Part shown: in pieces, positions 53,672-64,000 of the stretch | How the letters are laid out: every line of letters starts with the position of its first letter | How positions within the stretch are numbered: position 1 is the stretch's first letter | Origin: Podarcis vaucheri | Lineage: Eukaryota | Reading direction: 5' to 3' (one strand) | Length of the DNA: 64,000 nucleotides | Assembly: GCA_965113315.1 (NCBI GenBank) | Contig: OZ220363.1 | Position numbers and translations under genes: made by a program | The notes under the pieces: generated by a model | Databases searched by the model: none | Seen by the model: the letters and a program-made list of their open reading frames with translations, nothing else | What the model was told of the DNA's origin: nothing

Positions 53672-56603
53672 TCAAGAAGAAATATTTTTAAATGTAAGGT
53701 ATAAAGACTTCAACTTTCTCCAACAATCTACAGTAAAATGCAATAAATGGAATCAAAGCAAAAACTACATCAATAAAACTGTTTCTCAACCCCTTTATAC
53801 TATTACTCTACAAATGGACGGCATCACTTAACAATATTGTGCATTAACAATACAATAAGTTCTCTAATAAGTTTCCATGAAATGACAATTTATTTAAAAA
53901 CTCATCATTTGTAATTCTATTCTCATAAGACCATTTAGATGCATGGGTCTTTTCAATTCTAATAGACCTGCTAATAGTCCCTCACAAAAGAATTTATTCA
54001 GGCCCTTGACCTCAGATTGATACAACTGCACCACATAATCAGAATTAAGAGATGAGTCAAAGTAATATTCAGTAGTATCAAGGGGGTCAAACTGGTCCTT
54101 CAGCAACCCATGTACCATACACGCGAAGGTGATTTCAAAATCACTGCAGCAACCCCTTTCCCTTTGTGGTGTCTGAAGCCTTTGTACACACTTTTAGGAA
54201 CAGTTTTGTCAATAAAATATTTAGCATACTATTCATACAGTCCATAGATTTTCTTTGTGAAAAGAACAATAGTGGGAAATCACGATTATTATTATTTTTA
54301 AGTCTACTGAGCGGGCTTTACAGGAAGGTCTTAGAGACCTGCCAGTATACATTTTTATATTTTAAAGGAACACAGCAGAAACCCCAGATTAAATTCCACA
54401 GCAAATGAAAACAACTGTAAAGTTATATATAATAATATAATCAGAGGTTTTCTTACTGCATATGAGTCAGGTAAACAGACCACCACAATCACAAATATTT
54501 TCTACACATCGCAGGGTGTGAGCAAGTGCCCATTTTGCTTGGGAGAGAAGATTTGGTCATACAGTGACCACAGTTTGGATGTAACAGTAAGCTATCGCTT
54601 CACATTATGTGAATGAGCCTCGGACTTGTGTGCTTTCCCCTATTATTTCTTCCCTGGAGTGGTTGCAAGAAGATCAAAAGAGTTTGCATCTTTTAAAAAC
54701 CACTCATTACTCATTATGTCTGAATCTAGGTTTAGCTTTGTGCTTTAGAAAGGGGTAGGGAACCTTTCCCCTATGACTCACAGGAAAAAAACAGTTGGGT
54801 GTGGCAGCTGGTACCAGGCATAGTAGCAACCAATGTTTGCTGAAGCCAGAGCCAGGGGGGGGGGCATGATCTGCTTCATATAGCTGTCTAGTAGGTAGAA
54901 GGAATCAGCAAAAATGAGGTACTCTGACTTTCAGGAATAAAGTGCTTTCTGGTGCAGCAAAGCCACCAATGGATACAACCTATTAATTTCATTAACTCTG
55001 TGTTGGGTTATGGCCAGGAGTGTTTTAAAAAAACAAAGTGAAGAGGTCAACTCATCAGCAAATACAGATCCCCTTGCCTCCAAAGTAAAACGCCATCATG
55101 AAAATACTTTACACCAGCTTAGGTTCAGGCCCAAAGTGTATAAAGGTTTTTCAGAACAGGCTCCTTAATTCCCTTGAATCTGCATTATGTTATGTTGTCT
55201 GTTGATGCTTGAATTAATGTGCAAGTTGTTAATCTCCCTAGACCTGGATTTAAAATTAGACAAAGCAATAATTAGTTTGGCACCATCATTTTGCTACCCA
55301 GAGAGTAATAATATAGGTCATAAAATACAAGAGAGCCCATTACAAGTTTTTTTTTTAAACACACATTGTTACTGGGGAAAGATACAAAGGTGCAGAAATT
55401 TGAAAATAAATTATGGTTAGGCAGCAAAATAAATTAATGTTTTTTTGTGAATCCAACCCTATGGGTGATCTTTTTGTTTTTATTAGCATTTTAATGCTAA
55501 AGTGGCGAAGCAGCCACATCTAGAACCCTCAAGGAGCTGCTGTTACCAATTTGCCAAGCACTCCCCTATTGTATCCATGCTGACCTTGACACTGTTGTGG
55601 CAGAGTCAGAGAATGAGGGGACCTCGGATACCATTGAGCACTGCTAGGCCAGACAACTTTCAACTTGTTTCCCCTGAGACTGTGGACTAACTGCTTGGAG
55701 TGGTGAGGCTAGTCCTTAAAGACTACTCATTAAAAAGCCAAATTCTTTGGCCATAGACAATAAATAAATAATTCAATTGAAAACAAAATTCAGGATCAGG
55801 ATTGTGATTGTGATGCACAACAAGCAGTGTTTGAACCATTTCTCCCCACACCAGTGTCAATGACACCCCCCCTCCCTAACTGTTGATACTGGGAGTGAAG
55901 CTTTCACTGATATTAATATTTAGATTTTCTTACATTGCAATCATCACTTTAGAGCCTAGTCTGAATGGTTTCTGAATTCTGAGCTTCCCCCACCTTTAAA
56001 TATTCCAGAAAACGTGCCTAATTATATTCTGAGAATACAAGCCTGAAACAGGATAAACATGGAATAGCCACACAAAAAAGCATAGTCCTTTTGTATGTGC
56101 ATCTCAGTTTGTTTTCAGGACAAAAGACTGCAGAGGAACAATGCAATTGCTTGCATTGGCTACTTTGTCCTGCCTTCCAATCACTCTTGCTTTATTTTTA
56201 GTTAAACATGAGAGATCAGGAAGTCATCAAATATCATAATTGGTCTTGATTTCTCAGGATATTTTGAGCTACATGCCATATCCAACAACAGCACATTGGC
56301 ATATTGTCCTGAATCATTATGTTAAAACATCTCAGTATCCAGTTGCATATATTTGCAAGTATTTAATTGCATGCAAAAAGCATCACATAGCAACATTAAG
56401 GATGTGTGTGTATATACCTAGCACTACACGAGTGCATAAATAAACAGAGAGCAGAAGAGATAGGTATAGAATGTAGATTCATTGCTATAAATGTATATAT
56501 ATTCATAACTCATTTAATGCGGAGCTTCTTGTGTAATGCAAGCCACTGATACAAAGTTGCTAATGATAATTATAGAAGTGATGCTGATTTAGTCATTTCA
56601 AGA

Positions 56604-56759
56604 NNNNNNNNNNNNNNNNNNNNNNNNNNNNNNNNNNNNNNNNNNNNNNNNNNNNNNNNNNNNNNNNNNNNNNNNNNNNNNNNNNNNNNNNNNNNNNNNN
56701 NNNNNNNNNNNNNNNNNNNNNNNNNNNNNNNNNNNNNNNNNNNNNNNNNNNNNNNNNNN
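56604..56759. other. N-run, 156 nt, ~10 kb upstream of FIGN
   Basis: Directly visible. Confidence 0.99.
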
Positions 56760-57799
56760 AACCAGAAACAATAATTTGCAGAAAGCATCTCATGTACCAC
56801 AGCTGACTGCTGCAATCATTTGGTCAACCTGTTAAAGATCAAACAGTATTCTTCACTATTCTCAGTGGTATCTTTGTAATAAAGTAGCAGCAAACAGACA
56901 ATGTTTGCTTCTGGTCAGTTTTAAAGAATGTTCAGTTTATCAGTAGAGACTTTAATCTCAAGCTTCATAGAGTACAAAGCGAACATTGATCCTACTGTGT
57001 TGTCCTTTAGGCCACAAGGCACGAGCATTTTTACATTCATTTGTCACAAAGCAAAAAAAGAAAGAAGGAAGTTAATACTTTGAAAACACCAAATGCCATC
57101 TTTTAAAACAGAATAATTTTCTATTTCTTTCTCTCTCTCTTTCATCCACCAACTCATCTTTTTTTCCCTTCCTGCTATCTGATTAGGCTTCTGTTCCACC
57201 ATACTTCACAGTTGTAACTAGTGGTGAAGAGCTTCAGTGCAGGATTTCATGATTCTGGATTCCCGCCAAGTCACCCATTAGCTAGTGACCTGGTGCTCGT
57301 GTTGAATGGAGCAATATCATTCATACAGGTCCACTGTTTTGGGTTCTGCTGTGAGTAGCCTACATGAAAAATGGCACTTTACCCCAGTTAGGTAAAGAAA
57401 TGTATCACAACCAGAGTAATTATTTCTGGTGAGACCAGGTCTGCAGATGAAAAGGAATTAGATTAAATTCACACTATGCGTGTCCTGCAGTTTATTTTGC
57501 ATCTTCATTTACAGAAATAAAACAAAATGAATTACTTCCTTGACTATGGAATTGTTATCCCCCCCCCCCGAAAGTTGCTGCAAAAAGAATAGTGTGTGCA
57601 GCACAATAGGCCTATGCAGGCATATCTTTAGCAGAGTGAAGGGGGACAAGTATGCTAGCTCTTTCCCCACATTACAGACCCTATCGCTTTCCCATGAGGT
57701 GGATCGCTTTTGAAGTGGAGCACCTACTCTGCTCATGGAGGTTGCTCATGACCAGGCCACACTAACCCATGATTTAATTATACAAAACGTTGACCACTG

Positions 57800-58222
57800 A
57801 AAATGGCTCAGAAAGGTCAGCTGGTTCAAAATGTGGCCACCAGAGTCCTGGATGCCAGTGTGGTTTTGACCCCACTTCAAAGTGCTGTTTTTTAAATATA
57901 TAAAGCCATAAACAATTTGGGCCTGAGCCAGTTGAAGGATTGCATGGAGCCACATCAACATGAACATCCTCCAAATTTGCTTCTTTACATTGCTCTGCTG
58001 GCAGATTATGTCTCATATCTTTGACTGGGTGTGGTTTTTCATGTTGTTGTTACTGCCAGCTTAGTAACTTTGGAGATATTGTCGTATTAAATGCTTCTAT
58101 ATATTGTATTGTCGATACCGTATTGAATTTTTATTACGGGAGCTGCCTTCAGTGGATTGTACTCAGAAAGGCAGCCTATAAATATTAAGAAAAAATAATT
58201 AATTGATTGATTAATTAATTAA
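57800..58222 (+). mobile_element. Decayed L2 3' end
   Basis: FKVL...YKAINNLG...LKD motif, then gagctgcctt...gaaaggcagcctataaat and an AT-rich tail. Confidence 0.6.
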
Positions 58223-58843
58223 TTTCAGGGTTTAAAATCACGCAGGGAGCCTACATGAGTAGGCTGGCTCCCCACTACAAATGCTTGCCTGCAACTGAAG
58301 GAGGACAATAAGGGCAGTTATGGGGGCATGGGGTGGAGCTGGGATGCTCAACCCCACACTCCTTCAGGTAACAGCATTTGGAATTAGGATGACTAAATAG
58401 GACTAGTAAATAAATAAATATTCCAATAGGACATAGGACTGCAGCCTAAGAACACCTGCATTTCCTATTGGCTGATGCTTAGGTAGATATCCCCTCACTG
58501 CTCTTGGTTTTATAATGGGCTCCAGCTGAGCTTCTCATTAGCAGTCCATTCCCTCTTCTGTTTTGCATGAAACAATGTGGCATAGCTGGTCCCGATCCAC
58601 CACTAGGTATGGGCAAATCTCTCAATTTCAATTTCTCTCATTTTCTCAATCTTAAATTCAGTTCTCAACATTTCTGCTGCCATCTGTGATTTTTAAAACT
58701 TGCTTTGGACATTTTTTTTTTTTAGTACTTTAGTGTGAATTTTTCCCACAGACATATTTTTGCAAACAGTTTTGACTAATATACACATTTCTGCAAGATA
58801 TTTCTGCTAATATACCACATATCTGTATATGCTTTCACAAATA

Positions 58844-59198
58844 CAGTGGTGCCTCGCAAGACAAAATTAATTCGTTCCGCGAGTTTTTTTCGTCTAGCGA
58901 ATTTTTCGTCTTGCGAAGCACGGTGTCGGAAAAGTTTTGGAAAAGCTTCAAAAATCACCAAAAACCTCAAAAAAGGCTACCACACCGCGTTCTATGAGTT
59001 GCTCCTCGAAGTCAAGTCGCAACTGTATTAACGGTGTTAAGAAAAAGGAAACAAACTTGCAAAAAACGCAAGACGTTTTCATCTTGCGAAGCAAGCCCAT
59101 AGGGAAATTCGTCTTGCGAAGCAGCTCAAAAACCGCAAAACCCTTTAGTCTAGCGAGTTTTTTGTGTTGCAAGGCATTCGTCTTGCGGGGCACCACTG
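58844..59198. mobile_element. Tc1/mariner (Tigger-like) MITE, third family, nested in an older AT-rich repeat (~58605-59250)
   Basis: TIRs CAGTGGTGCCTCGCAAGAC ... GTCTTGCGGGGCACCACTG, TA duplication, repeated TCTTGCGAAGCA, CpG-rich. Confidence 0.9.
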
Positions 59199-62100
59199 TA
59201 TATGCATCTATATGCACACTTTATCCTAATATACACATTTTTGTACACATCTGTTGGCTGAAGAAGGACCACTCCCATCATCCCTGATCGCTGGCCATCT
59301 TGGTTGGAGATGGTGGGACTTGGAGTCAAACAACATATAGAGGGCATCAGGTTGGTTGGGGAAGGCTGCCATGGGGTATCAGTAGTTTTGGTGTGTTTTC
59401 TCTCCTTAAGAATACATCTTCACTGGACAGTATTCTCTACCAGTGGCCTGTGCTTGCCCCCCCCCCAGCTCTTTCTCTGTTATGGTTGAATTTTGGTTCC
59501 TCAACAATGACAGCACATATTGGCGCCACTAAGGTGCTTTCCTCTTATATGCTTTTACACTTCTAGCACCAATCATATGGCTTTCTTTTAATTGTGTGTT
59601 AGAGCTTGTTTAGTCCAAAGCAATAGTGACAAGATGTCTCTCAAGGCCAGATAATTATCATTTATTTTGTGGTGCCAATAGAGAGTCTTCAAAATAAGAT
59701 GAACTCAGGGGTATTGGCATGATTATTATTTTTCAGAGAAGCTATGATCAGCCTTATTCTCAGAAGCAGCCTACAAGAAATCTGTCAAATTTTGAGGATA
59801 ACAACCAAATTCCCTCATGCAAATTTTATACTAGGTATCCAGCAGATGTGATCTCTGGTAATGAAATATGTGTATATAAAGCTTAATTTGGTTGTTCTAT
59901 CTCAGGAGGATATTGGGATGGGGGGAAATACCCAACTTGTAACACATGTTGGATTTTGAAAGCCATCCTTATAAACTTATATGTGCTTGGCAACTGTGTC
60001 CTGTTTAAACTGCAATATTGCCTTGTGCCTAGGTGGGCATCATGCCACTCTAGCAGATGGGCATGAGTTTAAGTGAGCCAGCATAGTAGTACATACTTTT
60101 CAGGGTCCAGGCACCTATCATACCTGTAAAAAGCACTGCATCTAGGATTAAAGAGCTATACTAGTCCCCTCTAAATCATACACTGATTTGAACAGATATC
60201 TAGGATACAAAGAATGAACAGGACTAAAAGTCAGAACATCTACTATATATTTTTGGAAAATAGTTTGTCTGTCTGTTCTCTGTAAGTTTGGCTGCCTCTC
60301 AGAATATCACCACCAAACTTGGCTTGAGGGTTCCTGAGACGGAGATTTTTGTTGACAGTTGAGTGCTGGGCGCCATTTTAAATCAATATGCTGCACCAAA
60401 ATGTGACTTCATCTGTTTGCTTGCCATAAGTTCATCTGCCTCATCACAAAAGTAATCACAAGAACCAAACTGCAAGACTTAAATGACTCTGAAGGTATTG
60501 TACCCTAAGGCTGTTGGATGGTGTCTTGTACACCTCCTTCCGGCAACTCCTGCAGCCAAGCTGGTGCCAAATGTATTGCTCTGCTTTCCTTTGGACCACA
60601 TTAGTGGGGCTGAGAGGGGGATATTGTTGTATGGGCAGCTCAGGACCTCCATACACACTCTCCAGGCTTGCGCCCCAGGGACATCAAGTTGGTGCTGCTA
60701 ATGCAGTGGTTTGACTTCACTCCTGGAGGAGCACTCCATTGTCTCTTGAGACGGATGACAACAATATTGTGTGGAGGGACCCTCAATGTGTATAGTTACG
60801 TAGTTTTCCCTTGCTTGACTGGCTTTTCTTTCACAGATAGCTGGTGTCGGGGGGGGGGCAGGGACAGAACAGTGCTGAGACAGATTGGGACCATAGCAAG
60901 TGGGGAGGGGGCTTAATCTTTTGCCGCCAGTGTTGTCCTGATTAGAGTCACCCATCCAATTGCTAATCTCACAGGGAGGAAAGCTCCTCTTGACACCAAC
61001 GAGAGCTTTCTTCTCATTGCAAATAGCCAGCACTGGGGACAGGAAGAACTGTGGTGGGGCAAATGAAGTTCTTCACACACTCCCTCCCATGCTTATTAAG
61101 CCAAAATAAGCTACAAAATGGTAAAGAATGTGAAAAACTTCTTTTTTTAACATTTCTAGTTTTCTTTGTTTTCATTTTTTTCTGTGGATTTTATCATGCT
61201 GCTGCTTTTAGATATGTTATTAGCAACCTTGGAAACATTTGATTGAGAGTCAGGGTTTACATTTCTTAAATACATACATAAATTAGTTCAGGAAAATATA
61301 AACTGGTAGGATTGCGGAGGCATCAGACACTATTATATAAGATGCTTAAGTCTGCATGTACCACACACTCATGAACACTACCACTATTGTTTCAGATGAG
61401 GATAATAGGCCTTTACCACTCCCTTGCAGTTTTATTGACAAATTCCCTTTCTATTTTGTGTAAGAGTTGAAATTCAATGATAAGTCATATAAGCTCGCTC
61501 TATAGAGAATCTGTAACACTGCTCCCAGGCACACTGCAATGATTGGAACCACAAGCCAAACACGCTTTAGACGCTTAAAAATCTCGCAATCTACTGCATA
61601 TATATAATGGAGCTTTCAGCTAGTACACTGCAGCTACTCATAAATGCATTTGCCTTAGGGGCATGAAATCAGAATAGTTATTTGTATTACACTGAAATAG
61701 CCATGGCTACAGAGGAATTTACATAATAAATACACCTGCCTGCTTTAAAACATAGTGTGCAACTTTTGCAATGTGTGTGGGTAGTGGTGGGGGTAGGTTA
61801 GAGAGGTATGTGTGTGTAGAAAACAGATGCGGATTTCAAAGTTACCCAAGCAGTTTATTCAATAAATGCTTGAAATGCTGCTGTGTTGTATTTTAACATG
61901 CAATCATCTGATAGCCAAAGGATGGTTCCAAATTTACGAATGATATTAAGTAAATTTGGCATTGCAATGAATGCTGTTCACGTTCCAGTCAATGGTCACT
62001 TGTTGTGGCTTTCAAGAAGATTAAAATTTGGTAATTTTGCATCCCTTGTAAGAATGTCTCTTTCAGTATTCAAAATTATACAAAAACCAAAAAGAGAGAG

Positions 62101-63546
62101 AAAGAAATACATCAAACACCACAGCACCACAAGATAGTTTTTAAGTGAACTTGACAACTTACATCCTTTTACTCTCTACTTTGTTATAACTGGTTGCCCT
62201 TTTAACAGTAAGAGACCCCTCAGGATATTAAAACATGACTGCAAATGAAAAAAGGTGTTCAGATGCATCCAGTTCATCTGGACATTAAGAGATTATGTGT
62301 CAGTCTGTTTTTAAAAATGTAAGCAAGTCTGATAACTCAGACCCTCTCCTGATGTTAGCAGTGCGGAAGCCACTACAGCCTGTCTTCTTCCAGCTCTGCT
62401 TCACTCAAGCCAGAAGACCTTGGCCATATAAGAGGGAGCCCACAGCATGGTTCCGTTTCCATGTCCTTCCTTCCCAAAACTGGAACATTACATATACCAA
62501 GCTACTTCACACCATAGAGATGCTTAAAGTTGCAGGGGAGACAACCTAAAATTCGGTCTAATTTTGTGACTTGCAAATATCGAAAGCTACACAGTCTTTC
62601 TGACATAATAGAGCCCTCTTGCATTAACTGTGCTGATTAATGCAACATAGTAAGGTTAACATATTTCATAGGATGGAATTTGTAACAGTATATGAGCTCT
62701 TAATTCTACAACTGGAGGGTTCTGTACAATTCAAAAACAACTCAAACAACTCAAAAACATACATATTTTTTACACCAAAAGAGGTCCAATAAAACATCTA
62801 GCACACCTCTTTTTCATTGCATATATTCTACAACAGCTAAGCAACAGCTGCCTATTTCAACCTTAAATAGTGGCCAGTGCCGGCTTAGTCTTGGGTAAGC
62901 TTTGTTTGATTTATGAGAATCCTCTGAAGATTGATGTGAGATAGCATAGTCTTTTATCTGGTTGGTCTTCTGTCTTTCTGGTTTGGCTTAATTCCTTACA
63001 ACACTTTTGACTAGTGCTGCCTGTATTCTCAAGGCAGAGTTTTCTGTTCTTCTTCTTTTTTTAACCACAAGATCATTCACAAGATTCCATGTTTCTAATT
63101 TACTGAAAGTCGCAAATCCTTGCCACACTCTCACAATAATGTCTGTATTATAAATTATTTGAACTCTTGCAGTCAATCACTTTCAAACACAAAGGTAACA
63201 TGGCAGCACATCTTCCCAAAGGGATGCTGCCTTCTGTCGTTGACTCCAGATATCTAAAATGAGACAAGAATGACACACTGAACATTTCAGCATGGTGATT
63301 TCCTGGTTATTAGTTACATTCAAGTTCTTAGTGCAGCCTGGGACATGCAGTTACTATATCAAGGTCTACAGCTTTTTGGCTAAATCATGCTCCCCTGCTC
63401 CGTGCATATAAATACATACTCCCACAAAAAAGCAATTTTTCTGGCCATTTCCAGTAACATGCTCAGCAGAGACAACTTTCCACTGGTATGTTATCATTTA
63501 GAGTGACTCAAAACACATGCTTAGCTTGCTTGCTAGAAGAACATCT

Positions 63547-63803
63547 GAAGAAGAGGAAGAAGAAGAGGAGGAGGAGGAGTTTGGATTTGATATCCCATCT
63601 TTCACTCCACTTAAGGAGCCTCAAGGAGGCTAACAATCTCCTTTTCCTTACTTCCCCACAACAAACACTCTGTGAGGTGAGTGAGGCTGAGAGACTTCAG
63701 AGAAGTGTGACTAGTCCAAGGTCACCCAGCAGCTGCATGTGGAGGAGCGGGGAAGCAAACCCAGTTCACCAGATTACAAGTCCACCTCTCTTAACCACTA
63801 CAC
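63547..63803 (-). mobile_element. Squam3-type SINE, interrupted at its A box
   Basis: Closely similar to 50499-50750; similarity stops at aaccactacac. Confidence 0.88.
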
Positions 63804-64000
63804 CATGGGTAGGCAAACTAAGGCCCAGGGGCCGGATTCGGCCCAATCGCCTTCTAAATCCGGCCTGTGGGCGGTCCGGGAATCAGTATGTTTTTACATG
63901 AGTAGAATGTGTGCTTTTATTTAAAATGCATCTATGGGTTATTTTGGGGGCATAGGAATTGGTTCATCCCCCCCCCCATATAGCCCGGCACTCCACAAGG
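63804..64000. mobile_element. hAT (Charlie-type) MITE, left part (runs off the window)
   Basis: Begins CATGGGTAGGCAAACTAAGGCCC..., with GGCCC/CGGCC subterminal motifs, CpG-rich. Confidence 0.75.

Noticed and set aside
53039-54160. ORF-like stretches that might be DIRS, L1 or viral remnants
   Set aside because: No diagnostic motif recognised; left unassigned.
1-64000. CRISPR arrays, operons, rRNA/tRNA genes, NUMTs, endogenous viral genes
   Set aside because: Vertebrate intronic and intergenic DNA with no repeat-spacer array. tRNA-like boxes belong to SINEs, and no such genes were recognised.

Overview
Vertebrate genomic DNA, not prokaryotic. The repeat content (Squam3-type SINEs, squamate L2/CR1/RTE LINEs, Tigger-like and hAT MITEs) points to a squamate reptile, most likely a lacertid lizard. 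The window holds the 5' end of fidgetin (FIGN) on the minus strand: a CpG-island promoter (~45.3-47.2 kb), a non-coding exon 1 (donor at 45975), and exon 2 with the first 25 coding nt (MISSTSVY-G, 44917-44893). Positions 1-44892 are part of the very large intron 2; the main coding exon lies beyond the left edge. Positions above ~47.3 kb are repeat-rich upstream sequence. Eight N-runs (132-357 nt) fall on the exons and on transposon-free, motif-rich segments, so they probably hide highly conserved elements. I found no convincing new biological system. The best leads are regulatory (uORF, candidate poison exons, POU and PBX/MEIS motif clusters) and transposon-related (two hAT insertions in the same SINE A-box position, a solo LTR in a palindromic target). 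All family names are from recall, not from database searches.
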